Position numbers and translations under genes: made by a program. This document shows positions 28,730-38,722 of a stretch of 41,919 nt of DNA, piece by piece. The stretch's first letter is position 1, and every line of letters starts with the position of its first letter. The stretch is from the sequence record SRR20825006_2260, one strand, 5' to 3'. Below the pieces are notes generated by a model. The model did not search any database and had not been told where the DNA came from. It saw nothing but the letters and a program-made list of their open reading frames with translations.

Positions 28730-31700
28730 TCAGACCGTGACTGCGGAACGCTCTTCGCCGCAGGGTGCTCGTAACAATCGCTGATGAAGCGTCGGAACCA
28801 AGACCAACGCCAACAAAGTTGCCCCGGCGACGCCTCCGGCAATCGAAACCGCCATCGGTGGCCAGAAACCTCCACCGTCCAGAATCAACGGCGTGAAGCC
28901 CGCCATGGTTGTCAATGTCGTCGCGACTACATGCCGAGACGTGTGCATGGTTTCCGCAACCGTTGCTTCGATGTCGCCAGCGGACGCTTTCGGATTGGCT
29001 CGAATTCCCGCCAACACCACGATCGAGTCGTTGATAGCGACACCGATCAACCCCATGGTGCCGATGATCGCCATGAATCCAAACGAATACCCACTAATCG
29101 CAAGTGCAGCCATCGCCAAGCCGATCGACAGGACGGCGACCACCGAGATGATGCCCGCCATCCGAAACGAACTGAACGACAACACCAGCGTTGCAAGCAT
29201 CAAAACCGCCAACACACCGACCGTCGAAAAAAGATTGCCGACCGCGTCATCCCGCTTAGACGCTTCACCGCCGAATTCCATTGAATAACCGGCGGGCAAA
29301 TCCAACGGATCCGATTCCAAATCCGTTTCCAGCCGACGCTGAACAGAGCTAGGAAGCACACCCGCATCTAAAAAAGCAGCGACTTCGTTCATTCGCCGCC
29401 GATTCAGCCGCGGAATCGCGGCCGATTCAGGCTGCAGCTTCGTTGTCGCGAACGCGGAAACGGGAATCAACTGAGCCGGAGAAAGGTCACCCTCTGAAGA
29501 AATCCTTGAGGCGAGTACCAAGTCCATGCTCTCGAGACTGGCCAAGTCGCCTCGATCATCGGCCTGAACACGAACGATGATCGGCAGTTCTTCGTTGCCT
29601 TGTAAAACACTGCCACCACGCTGGCCTTCCAACGCGGTTGAAAGCTGGCGAGAGACCTCACTCGGCGTCACCCCAGCGCGAGCACTCGCTGCATCATCGA
29701 TATCCAGTGTCAGTTGCGGCAAGACTTCCGCCAGATCCGTTCGAACCGCAACCACGTGATCCATCCGAGTCAAACGTGCGCGGACGTCTTCACCAATCTG
29801 ACGCAGCACGTTCAAGTCGGGTCCAAACAATCGGACTTCGATTGGGGCAGCGAAAGGAGGACCTTGTTCAAGCTGCCGCACCAACACGCGGGAAGAAAGA
29901 ATGCGTTGGTCCAGTCGCTTCTGTAATTCGCGGATGACTGGCGTGGGCGTTTGACCTTCAGGCATTCGCACGAGCGCCTGTGCGAAGTTCGCGGTGCCGC
30001 GTCGATTCGCGATCACGTTGTAGTAAAACTGCGGCGCGCTTTCGCCGTAGAACCAGTCGATCCGTTCGGCCCCCATCTCACGGGCCATCGCGTCGACCAC
30101 TTCCGCGGTCTTTCGTGTTGTCGCCAAAGACGACGTCGCGTCGCCTTCCACGGTGATATGAAATTGATCGCGTGAGCTGGGTGGGAAGAACTGTTCTTCC
30201 AATGTTTGAGCCAGACCGAAACCGAGCACCGGCAATGCGAAAGAAATAGCCAGCCCGATCGCGGGACGCCGCACCGACAAGCGAACGACGGATTCAAACA
30301 TTCGAGTCACCCGCGGCAATCGAATTCCATTGGTCCACCACCGAAGCCGCGGTACAGAGGACCGAATTTCGCTCTCAACCACACTGTAAGAACTGGCCAG
30401 GACTCGCGATGCGATCGTTGGAATGACGGTCAAAGCCAAGAACAACGATGACGTGATTGCCATGATCACGCTGATCGCAATCGAACCCACAAACTCACCT
30501 GCCGGCCCGGGCATCAACGCGATTGGTGCAAACGCGAGCGCGGTCGTGAGCGTCGAACCGAGCAATGGAATCGCCAAGTGAGAAACGCTGCTCGTCATCG
30601 CATTGGAAGGCGACATGCCGCTCCGCAAACGAGCCTGCACCTCATCGACCACAACGATCGCATTGTCGATCAACAAGCCCAAGGCAATGATCAGCCCGGT
30701 GATCGACATCTGATGAATCGGAATGCCAACAACACGCAAACCAAACAAGACCATCAAGCTGGCGAGTGGTAATGTCAGCGTCACAATCAATGCTGATCGC
30801 CACCCCATCAACAACCAAATCACGCAAGCGACGGCGATTGCCCCCATCAATAGATTGCCGGTCAAAGACTTCAGACGATCGTCCACGTAATCACGTTGCC
30901 GCAATACCGTGTCGAGACGAACACCATCGGGTAACGTCAGAGCGACTTCAGCCAAAACGGCTTCCGCATCCTCGGTCCACGTGTCAATTTGATAGGAAGG
31001 ACGAACCATCATGCCTAACACAACCGCTTCGTGACCCTCGATCAACGAAGCCGTTGCCGGCGGATCCGGCACAGCCAGCTGAATTTGCGCGAGTTCACCA
31101 AGCCGAATGTCGTTTCCGTCGCCGGAACGAATGGGAATCGAGGCAATGTGCTCGGTCGCATCATATTGGTTGCCGACTTCGATCAGCATCTGCATCGGAG
31201 CGTTTCTTAACTGACCAGCGGTCCCTTTCGCATCGTAAAACGCCAATCGCGACGCCACGTCCGACGGAGTCAATCCCATCGCCGCTAGCCTGCGTGGATC
31301 CAACCGAACGTCAATTTCTTCTCCAGGATCGCCAAACCGATCAATTGAATCGGTGCCGGTCACATTCTGCATTCGGTCTTGCAGGTCAATTGCCAAACGC
31401 CGCAGCAACCTGGTGTCCGCGGGACCGTCACCGTGCCAGGTCAGCCCAACGATCAAGGCATACGCGCGAACATCCAACTCATCGAATTCAGGACGCGATG
31501 CACCGGGCGGCAAACTGGGGAGCGAATCTTCAATCCGGCTTCGCACCCGCGACCAAACCGTATCCGTTTCGGTCACCTCATCGCGAAGTTCAATCGAAAC
31601 GGTGCTGATTCCAACCCGGCTCACCGATCGAAGCTCTTTGATTTCTTCAATGTCTCGCAGTCGGTCTTCGATCTTCTCCGTGATCAACGCCTCGACGCGT

Positions 31701-31927
31701 TCGGCGCCCGCACCGGGCAATCGAGTGTTGACCAACGCGACACGACGGGCCAGAACTGGATCTTCCATTCGCGGCAAGATCGCCAGGCTGCTCAGCCCCG
31801 CGACCAAGATCAAGGCAAGGATCAGAACAAGCAAACGCCGGTCGTTGAAGAACCGTTTCGCAGCAAGTTCCAACCAAGTCTGATCGGAAACCATGTTGTC
31901 CTTCACGGAAGAAACCTGCTCGCTCAT
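28730..31927 (-). CDS. RND efflux transporter permease (AcrB/AcrD/AcrF family)
   Basis: LPRMEDP, ALGLLIDNAIVV, GSTLTT..AF.P, IGVAINDSIV, TTLTT.AGF.PL; ATGA overlap with the MFP stop. Confidence 0.95.
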   Translation of the reverse strand: MSEQVSSVKDNMVSDQTWLELAAKRFFNDRRLLVLILALILVAGLSSLAILPRMEDPVLARRVALVNTRLPGAGAERVEALITEKIEDRLRDIEEIKELRSVSRVGISTVSIELRDEVTETDTVWSRVRSRIEDSLPSLPPGASRPEFDELDVRAYALIVGLTWHGDGPADTRLLRRLAIDLQDRMQNVTGTDSIDRFGDPGEEIDVRLDPRRLAAMGLTPSDVASRLAFYDAKGTAGQLRNAPMQMLIEVGNQYDATEHIASIPIRSGDGNDIRLGELAQIQLAVPDPPATASLIEGHEAVVLGMMVRPSYQIDTWTEDAEAVLAEVALTLPDGVRLDTVLRQRDYVDDRLKSLTGNLLMGAIAVACVIWLLMGWRSALIVTLTLPLASLMVLFGLRVVGIPIHQMSITGLIIALGLLIDNAIVVVDEVQARLRSGMSPSNAMTSSVSHLAIPLLGSTLTTALAFAPIALMPGPAGEFVGSIAISVIMAITSSLFLALTVIPTIASRVLASSYSVVESEIRSSVPRLRWWTNGIRLPRVTRMFESVVRLSVRRPAIGLAISFALPVLGFGLAQTLEEQFFPPSSRDQFHITVEGDATSSLATTRKTAEVVDAMAREMGAERIDWFYGESAPQFYYNVIANRRGTANFAQALVRMPEGQTPTPVIRELQKRLDQRILSSRVLVRQLEQGPPFAAPIEVRLFGPDLNVLRQIGEDVRARLTRMDHVVAVRTDLAEVLPQLTLDIDDAASARAGVTPSEVSRQLSTALEGQRGGSVLQGNEELPIIVRVQADDRGDLASLESMDLVLASRISSEGDLSPAQLIPVSAFATTKLQPESAAIPRLNRRRMNEVAAFLDAGVLPSSVQRRLETDLESDPLDLPAGYSMEFGGEASKRDDAVGNLFSTVGVLAVLMLATLVLSFSSFRMAGIISVVAVLSIGLAMAALAISGYSFGFMAIIGTMGLIGVAINDSIVVLAGIRANPKASAGDIEATVAETMHTSRHVVATTLTTMAGFTPLILDGGGFWPPMAVSIAGGVAGATLLALVLVPTLHQRLLRAPCGEERSAVTV

Positions 31928-33414
31928 CGTGCTGCCGTCTCTTGAGATGACAACGAAGACGCTTCCGATTCCCAAACCGCAACCGCACGGACTCCCGGTC
32001 CAACCCGCTGAGTCCCCTCCACCACAATCGCCTCCGTTCCCGCAACCGAACCTGAAACCAAGGACATCTGGCCGGCGGTTCGAATGACTTTGACATCGCG
32101 TCGACTGATGGCGACAACGTTTGTGTCATTACCGTCGAGTGTGGTGTTGGCGGAGTCAGCACCTAAATCTGAATCCAGCGAGGGTTCGGCTACATAAACC
32201 GACCACAATCCTCGGACACCACGAACCAAGGCGGATGTTGGCACCCAAATCGGCACCCGGTCGACTCCATCGTTGTGTGCGATCCAATCATCTTGCTGCG
32301 TTCGTGTCTTCGCCCAGGGCACCCAAAGGGTTGCTGTCTTGCCGATCCAGCCAATGGACTCGGCCGCAGCGACTGTGTCGTCGGCTTCCAGCTCCACTTC
32401 GATGACGCGAGTCCTCGTGACGGGATTGATCTGCGGTTGCATACGAATCACACGAGCCGGTTGAGATTCGTCAGGCCCAGCTTCGCCAACGGAAACACGC
32501 AACCGATCGTTTAGTTTCAAAAAATCCGAAACATCGGCAGGAACTCCAAACGTCGCGTGGACCGGCGGCGATTCCAAAATTCGCAAAACGGGTTGATTGG
32601 GGCCGATGATCGATCCCTCATCGAACAACCTTGATGCGATCACGCCATCAAACGGAGCCACAATTTGGCTGTCGGACAATTCCACTTCGACGCGCTGACG
32701 AGCAGCCTTCGCCAATTGCAATCGTGCCCTCGCGGCCGCAATTTGTTCTTGCCGCGTTCCTTCCTTCAGCTCATCAAGCTCAGCCTTCGCGGACATTTGA
32801 TTTGCAGCGAGAGCATCCGTGGCGAATTTGGCATCGTCATATTCTTGCTGCGTTCCCGCTCCGCGACTATGCAGGGAACGCTGACGCTCGAATCGATTTT
32901 TCGCAGCGGTCCATTGGGCTTCGAGTTGCTGAACTCTGGCTTCGGCTGCTCGAATGGTTTGGTACCGAGGCCCCGCGGTTGCCTCTTCCAACGCAGCTTC
33001 CGCCGCTGCAATTTCCGCGTCGGCGGATGCGGCAGCGGCATGTAGATCGGCGACGTCAATCCGCGCTAAAACATCGCCGCGTTTGACCAGATCGCCTTCG
33101 TGGACGGCAACATCCTGCAATCGTCCACCGCGACGCATCGCGAGTGAACTATCACGACGAGCGATGACATCACCGCGGTATCGGTGGAACAACTCTGGAC
33201 CTTCAATCGATTGGGCTTGAACCACGCGAACATGCAGACGCGGCGTTTCCAACCCAATCGATCCGTCGTCCGCCGGAGCGGGATCCAACCCGATGACACC
33301 CGGTCCAAACGCAGCCGATAGAATTGCTCCGATCACCACAACGAAGGCAATCGCCCCGAATGACCGAGCGTTCCAAAATGAGCGTCTTTGGATGGAGTGC
33401 GATGGTGCGTTCAT
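31924..33414 (-). CDS. RND efflux periplasmic adaptor (membrane fusion protein)
   Basis: N-terminal TM, GGRL..V.V.EGD.V..GDVLA, coiled coil, IVAPFDGVI, TRTR, IVVEG. Confidence 0.93.
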   Translation of the reverse strand: MNAPSHSIQRRSFWNARSFGAIAFVVVIGAILSAAFGPGVIGLDPAPADDGSIGLETPRLHVRVVQAQSIEGPELFHRYRGDVIARRDSSLAMRRGGRLQDVAVHEGDLVKRGDVLARIDVADLHAAAASADAEIAAAEAALEEATAGPRYQTIRAAEARVQQLEAQWTAAKNRFERQRSLHSRGAGTQQEYDDAKFATDALAANQMSAKAELDELKEGTRQEQIAAARARLQLAKAARQRVEVELSDSQIVAPFDGVIASRLFDEGSIIGPNQPVLRILESPPVHATFGVPADVSDFLKLNDRLRVSVGEAGPDESQPARVIRMQPQINPVTRTRVIEVELEADDTVAAAESIGWIGKTATLWVPWAKTRTQQDDWIAHNDGVDRVPIWVPTSALVRGVRGLWSVYVAEPSLDSDLGADSANTTLDGNDTNVVAISRRDVKVIRTAGQMSLVSGSVAGTEAIVVEGTQRVGPGVRAVAVWESEASSLSSQETAAR

Positions 33415-34226
33415 GATGCGGACTCAGTGGCGAGGGCAAAATCCTGTTCGCTGTTGCAAGGTAATTGCCGAATCTTCTTTGCGGTTTCGATCAACACTGG
33501 ACGCAAGCGTTTTGACCAAGCGTTGTATCGACGAGCGTTGAAAAGCGGTTGCCAACCAACAGCATCCAGCAAAAGGTTCCCGTTGCGGCGGATGGTCATT
33601 CGCGCGTCATCGATCCCAGCCGCTTTCAGCGATGGACTGGTCGCTTCCAAAACCAATCCACCGTAGCTGAGCGACCACAGGCCGAAGATCAGTTGCTGAG
33701 TCAGTTCCGACGCCGTTTGACCACGTTGCGGCTTTAGATCACCCACTTCAATGGCGGCTTGCACTACTTGGCCGAGCGAACCAATGCACAATTGCTCGCA
33801 ATCCGACAACACATCACGCCTTCCTTCGGATGTCTTTTGCCACACGACGTCGTGCCGAATGATTTGCTCAATCGCGAATTCGTCGGGCATGTAGTCGGCA
33901 TAAACTTCGACCGCAATTCCAACCGCCGCACAACGGTCGCGAGACTCCGCCTGGCTTTCCATCGCAAACTGGAACAACGCGATTCGACGGCGAACCGACC
34001 GCGTCGCAAGCGCGAGCAAAATCTCTTCTTTGTTGGCGAAGTGGTTGTAGATCGTGCCACGAGTGCACCCCATCTCTTTCGCGATGGCGTTCATATTGAT
34101 CGCGCCAACTCCGCCGCTTCGCAGCATCGGAAAGGCTTTGTCGAGAATGCGTGATTCTCGTTGCTGAATCTCGAGTTGCTTCGGCGTCATGCTCGCCGTC
34201 GCTTTTTCAATGGTCGCTTGGTTCAT
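33411..34226 (-). CDS. TetR/AcrR family transcriptional regulator
   Basis: INMNAIAKEMGCTRGTIYNHFANKEEIL HTH; start uncertain (34226 chosen). Confidence 0.92.
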   Translation of the reverse strand: MNQATIEKATASMTPKQLEIQQRESRILDKAFPMLRSGGVGAINMNAIAKEMGCTRGTIYNHFANKEEILLALATRSVRRRIALFQFAMESQAESRDRCAAVGIAVEVYADYMPDEFAIEQIIRHDVVWQKTSEGRRDVLSDCEQLCIGSLGQVVQAAIEVGDLKPQRGQTASELTQQLIFGLWSLSYGGLVLEATSPSLKAAGIDDARMTIRRNGNLLLDAVGWQPLFNARRYNAWSKRLRPVLIETAKKIRQLPCNSEQDFALATESAS

Positions 34227-34254
34227 ACTCCCATGATCGTCCAACGCCTCTTTT

Positions 34255-34288
34255 TGACAAGATGTCATTTTTGACAAACCGTCAAAAA
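34255..34288. promoter_or_regulatory. Tandem TGAC-N5-GTCA palindromes, probable TetR operator
   Basis: TGACAAGATGTCA (34255-34267) and TTTTTGACAAACCGTCAAAAA (34268-34288) just upstream of tetR. Confidence 0.7.
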
Positions 34289-34375
34289 ACTACGGGTTGT
34301 CCAAATACGAGCTCGGTATTTCATCTGACGCGAAGAGATCGAACAGCTGCCATCTGCATGTAAGCTGCGTCCGCG

Positions 34376-34415
34376 CACGAAAAAAGCCGACCTCGTGAAA
34401 GGTCGGCTTTTCGTG
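34376..34415 (-). terminator. Rho-independent terminator after the desaturase
   Basis: AAAAGCCGACCT-loop-AGGTCGGCTTTT stem; T6 tract follows it on the minus strand. Confidence 0.8.
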
Positions 34416-34468
34416 ATTTGACGTTGCGTCGCGATGGATCGGACCGAACTGGATCCGACTTCAAAGCA

Positions 34469-35569
34469 TTAAGCTGCGGCGGATTGCTTTGCGTCGCGAG
34501 CCTTCTTTTCAGCAACGGTGCGGTAATCGACCACATCCCAAACCAGTCCAACGGCTCGGAGCAGTTTGATCGCTTGCCAAGTGATGTCGAATTCCCACCA
34601 CTTGTGACCGTGCTTGGCCATACGTGGGTAAGCGTGGTGGTTGTTGTGCCAGCCTTCACCGTAAGCCACGATCGCGACCAACCAGTTATTGCGGCTATCG
34701 TCGGTGGTTTCGTAGTTCTGGTAGCCCCACATGTGCGATGCACTGTTGACCATCCAAGTCGCGTGCAGAACAGCGACCAAGCGGACGAACATGCCCCAAA
34801 CCAACATCGAGACGCCGAGTTCCCAACCGCCGAAAGCGTAGCCGATGCCGAGCAAGGCAAACGAAGCAACGATGTGAATCGGCAGGAACAACATGTCAAA
34901 GGCTCGCATCGCTGGGTCTTTGTACAGGTCAGGAACCCAACGAGTCAGATAAGCGTCGCGGTCACCGTTGTGCGTGTGGAAAGCGAGCCAGAAAATGTGA
35001 CTCCAAATTCCACCGTCGTGAGGCGAGTGCGGATCACCTTCGAGGTCACTGTGTGCGTGGTGTTTTCGGTGGTCGGCGACCCAATCAAGAGGCGATCCTT
35101 CTCCGGCAAAACAACCAATGGCAGCGAACGTGTATCGCACCCAGTTGTAGGTCTTCATGCCAGTGTGGGTCAGCAACCGGTGATAGCCGAGGCAAATTCC
35201 GAGGCTGCCAGCGACCCAGTGCAACACCAAAGCGGTGATCAAAGCGGTCCACGTGAATGTGAACGGTGCGGCCAAGCAAACGATGTGAGCCATCGCCAAC
35301 CATCCGACGGCCCACCAACTGATGTTGGATGCTCGGACTCGGTCTGCTTTGGTTGGTTTTGCCAAATCGCGTTTCTTGGCAGCCTTCTGAGCGACCAGCG
35401 ACGAGAAACCGTCAGCGTCTTCGGCTTGTGGTTGATCCAAACGCAGCTTTCCGCCGGTTTGAGGCAATTCCAACGTCGTGGATTCAGGTACGTGGGTGTT
35501 GGGTTGGTCAGCGTTGCCCTTGCTCTTGCCTGGGCCACGGTTTTTTTTGGGTTCAACAACGGTCGACAT
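34469..35569 (-). CDS. Delta-9 fatty acid (acyl-CoA/acyl-lipid) desaturase
   Basis: His boxes GYHRLLTH, DHRKHH, GEGWHNNHH; DPHSP; VNSASH.WG. Confidence 0.94.
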   Translation of the reverse strand: MSTVVEPKKNRGPGKSKGNADQPNTHVPESTTLELPQTGGKLRLDQPQAEDADGFSSLVAQKAAKKRDLAKPTKADRVRASNISWWAVGWLAMAHIVCLAAPFTFTWTALITALVLHWVAGSLGICLGYHRLLTHTGMKTYNWVRYTFAAIGCFAGEGSPLDWVADHRKHHAHSDLEGDPHSPHDGGIWSHIFWLAFHTHNGDRDAYLTRWVPDLYKDPAMRAFDMLFLPIHIVASFALLGIGYAFGGWELGVSMLVWGMFVRLVAVLHATWMVNSASHMWGYQNYETTDDSRNNWLVAIVAYGEGWHNNHHAYPRMAKHGHKWWEFDITWQAIKLLRAVGLVWDVVDYRTVAEKKARDAKQSAAA

Positions 35570-35847
35570 CAGAGAACGATCCTGGTCTCGTGGTGCGTTA
35601 AATAAGTCGTGGGACGCAGCCAAAAGATGACCGACGTCTCGTTTCCGCCGGAAGAATAGCAACGCTGGACGATTTCGACGTCACGTGTCGTGTAAAAGCG
35701 TGTAACGGTTGTGTAATTGTTCTTTGGATGCCCATATTCTTGGGGTGTGCACCGCGATTGACCGGGTGAAAAACGCTCACATTGAGCATATTCTTGGCCG
35801 TCGGTTCGCCAGTTCCGTCACCTGCAAACCTCGTTCGCCTGTCGTCC

Positions 35848-36942
35848 ATGCCAGATCCATCCGCGTTCTCGTCTGAAATCGATGCCGATTCGGTCCGCGA
35901 GGTGACCGCTGCCGGATTGTTGAGAGGCAATCAGCAAGGCAAAAATACGACCACAAGCGAAATGAACGCTTCGTCCAAACCGAGTTTGGCGGTCCGGCTG
36001 AGACAGCGAGCCGAGATGCTTCGTCAAATTCGACGGTTCTTTGACGATCGAGGGTTCATCGAAGTCCAACCGCCGTGCTTGAGTCGCGACTGCGTTGTTG
36101 ACGCTTTTTTGGATCCGATTGAGGTCGAATCGTCTCAGGTCGGACTATTCGGCGAGCTTGATTCCCCGACGAAGTTTTATTTGCAGACGTCCCCTGAATC
36201 CGCCATGAAGCGTTTGCTAGCGGAGGGGGCTCCGTCGATCTACGCGATCACGCCGGTGTTTCGAAAGGGCGAAACCGGGGCTCGACACAACGTCGAATTT
36301 CCGATGCTGGAGTGGTACGAAGTCGGCGGAGATGCGGCATCCGCGATCGAGTTGCTGGGCAACTTGGCCGTCGAAGTACTCCAATCGCCGTCGTTCAAAA
36401 CGGTGACCTACCGCGACGCGTTTGCGAAACATCTGGGGTTCGATCCGATTGAAGTCCCCATCGTTGACCTGCATGGTTTGGTCGATGAGATGGACTCATC
36501 GCTTGCCGAGTCGATCGGACTCGATCGCGACGCTTTATTGGACGTCTTGCTAAGCGAGCGGATCGAGCCGGTTCTTGCCAACGACACGCCAACCATTTTA
36601 ACTCGGTACCCGCTGACTCAAGCCGCTTTGGCCAAACCTTGCCAAGATGACCCTCAGTGTGCTGAGCGATTCGAACTGTTCTACCGCGGCGTTGAACTTG
36701 CCAACGGCTATGACGAACTGCTGGATGCTGACGAGCTGAAGAAACGCTACGAACACAACAATCAAATTCGAATGGCTCATGGCCGCCCCGCCTTGGCCGT
36801 CGAGACAACATTGTTGCGAGCAATGCGGCAAGGCTTGCCCGCATGCAGCGGCGTTGCTCTCGGAATCGATCGATTGCTGATGCTACGCGTCGATGCCCAT
36901 TCCATCGAAGACGTCGTTCCCCTCCCGACCACCCGAGCTTGA
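35848..36942 (+). CDS. epmA: EF-P lysine aminoacylase EpmA (GenX/PoxA)
   Basis: LysRS catalytic domain only: YLQTSPE.AMKRLL, FRKGE, HN.EF.MLEWY, ERFE, ELANGY, GVALGIDRL; start uncertain (35848 or 35962). Confidence 0.92.
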   Translation: MPDPSAFSSEIDADSVREVTAAGLLRGNQQGKNTTTSEMNASSKPSLAVRLRQRAEMLRQIRRFFDDRGFIEVQPPCLSRDCVVDAFLDPIEVESSQVGLFGELDSPTKFYLQTSPESAMKRLLAEGAPSIYAITPVFRKGETGARHNVEFPMLEWYEVGGDAASAIELLGNLAVEVLQSPSFKTVTYRDAFAKHLGFDPIEVPIVDLHGLVDEMDSSLAESIGLDRDALLDVLLSERIEPVLANDTPTILTRYPLTQAALAKPCQDDPQCAERFELFYRGVELANGYDELLDADELKKRYEHNNQIRMAHGRPALAVETTLLRAMRQGLPACSGVALGIDRLLMLRVDAHSIEDVVPLPTTRA

Positions 36943-36951
36943 TTACCAGCG

Positions 36952-38556
36952 ATGCAACTCTCTTTGACTCGACGATGCGTTTGCGAAGTCATTGGCACCT
37001 ATTGCTTGGTGCTGATCGGCTGCGGTGCAATGGTCGTTGACAACCAAACTGGCATGCTGACTCATGTCGGTGTGGCGACCGTTTGGGGATTGATTGTGAT
37101 GACGATGATCTATTCCATCGGTGATTTATCAGGGGCTCACATGAACCCCGCTGTATCGATCGCGTTTGCCAGCGTCGGTCGTTTTCCGATTGTTGACGCT
37201 GCGGCCTACGTCGTCGCCCAGTGCGTCGGTGCTTTGCTTGCCGCCGGTTCGCTGGGAATCGTGTTTGGCGTGGACGACGTCAAACTGGGCGCAACAATGG
37301 CATCCTTGCCAACAGGTTCGGCTTGGGCGGTGGAGTTCATGATGACAACGATTTTGATGTGGGTGGTGCTCGGCGTGTCCACTGGCGCAAAGGAAAAATC
37401 GATCACCGCAGGCTTGGCGGTCGGTGCCACGATTGCAATGGAAGCCTTCGTTGCCGGACCACTCACCAAAGCTTCCATGAATCCGGCTCGCAGCCTGGGT
37501 CCCGCTGTGATGTCCAGCCACTACAATCTGCTCTGGTTGTATTTGACCGCGCCCATTGTGGGTGCGATCGCGGGTGGATGCTTGTATCGATTCGTGCGAG
37601 GCAACGACGAATTGGACATAGAGGAAGGTTCCATGGCAAAGAAGATTTCGGCTCTCGTTTTGTTTGCGTTTCTCATTGGAGCGTGTGGCAGCACCTCGAT
37701 GGCCGAAGAAGGCAGCTCGCTGCTTCGCCCAAACGACCGGGTGGCAGTCATCGGTGGCACTTTCGTCGAACGCATGCAACCGCGTGACGAATTAGAAGCA
37801 GCCCTGCAGACACAACGCCCCGATTGGAAATTGTCGTTCCGCAATCTGGGCTGGTCCGGGGACACGGTTTCGGCCATCGCGCGCAAACGTTTCGACAACA
37901 TCGAAGCCGGACGCGCTAGGCGTCTAGCAGACATTGACGCAGCCGATCCCACCGTTGCCTTGATTTGGTACGGACAATCCGAAGCAGGCAAGTTTGCTGA
38001 GGACTCCGAACGAATCCAAGCGGACTTGATGAGGCTGGTGGATGATCTGCAGCAACGACAAACACGAGTCATCTTGCTCACTCCTGTGGCAATGCCCGGT
38101 GACCGGCGCCCCAACTATGAGTCGGGGCTGGAAGCGTTTGAGCAAATGCTACGCAATGTCGCACGAGCCCAATCGCTGGCATTGGTGGAATTGAATTGGA
38201 AACCTAGCGATCAACAGTTAACAGACGATCGCATGCTTCCCAACAACGTCGGCTATCGCGAATTGGCACACCTGCTGGCAACCGCTTTGCTGAATGAATC
38301 AGTGACGGGTGATGATGCAACGTCCAATCTTGCGGTCACGAGAGAGTTGACCGAGAGCCCCGAACGGGAGTTGTTGCTGGAAGCGATCGCTCGCAAAAAC
38401 GAGTTTTTCTTCCATCGTTATCGACCGCAAAACGAGACCTATTTGTTTCTGTTTCGCAAACACGAACAAGGCAACAACGCGGTCGAGCTCGAGCAATTTG
38501 ATCCGATCATTCAAGAAGCAGACCAAGCGATTTGGGATGCCGCTGGGCGTCAGTAA
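36952..38556 (+). CDS. MIP/aquaporin (NIP-like) fused in frame to an exported SGNH-like domain
   Basis: HMNPAVS and SMNPARS NPA boxes; after about aa 227 a second Met with signal peptide, then IGGTF, NLGWSGD, YGQSE. Confidence 0.85.
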   Translation: MQLSLTRRCVCEVIGTYCLVLIGCGAMVVDNQTGMLTHVGVATVWGLIVMTMIYSIGDLSGAHMNPAVSIAFASVGRFPIVDAAAYVVAQCVGALLAAGSLGIVFGVDDVKLGATMASLPTGSAWAVEFMMTTILMWVVLGVSTGAKEKSITAGLAVGATIAMEAFVAGPLTKASMNPARSLGPAVMSSHYNLLWLYLTAPIVGAIAGGCLYRFVRGNDELDIEEGSMAKKISALVLFAFLIGACGSTSMAEEGSSLLRPNDRVAVIGGTFVERMQPRDELEAALQTQRPDWKLSFRNLGWSGDTVSAIARKRFDNIEAGRARRLADIDAADPTVALIWYGQSEAGKFAEDSERIQADLMRLVDDLQQRQTRVILLTPVAMPGDRRPNYESGLEAFEQMLRNVARAQSLALVELNWKPSDQQLTDDRMLPNNVGYRELAHLLATALLNESVTGDDATSNLAVTRELTESPERELLLEAIARKNEFFFHRYRPQNETYLFLFRKHEQGNNAVELEQFDPIIQEADQAIWDAAGRQ

Positions 38557-38722
38557 TCGGTATTGGATGGCTTGGCCCAAGATTGCTCAACTGCATATTG
38601 GTCGTTCAGCAAACGAGTTCGTATTGATCCGTATTCGTTCGCTTTGGTGACAGCGAAATTCGCCCCGCAATTCGACTACAATGGCGGCCTCCCCACATCC
38701 TCGCCCCAAAGAATTGTCGAAC

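Noticed and set aside
34418-35605. 395-aa plus-strand ORF
   Set aside because: Antisense shadow of the desaturase; no recognisable motifs
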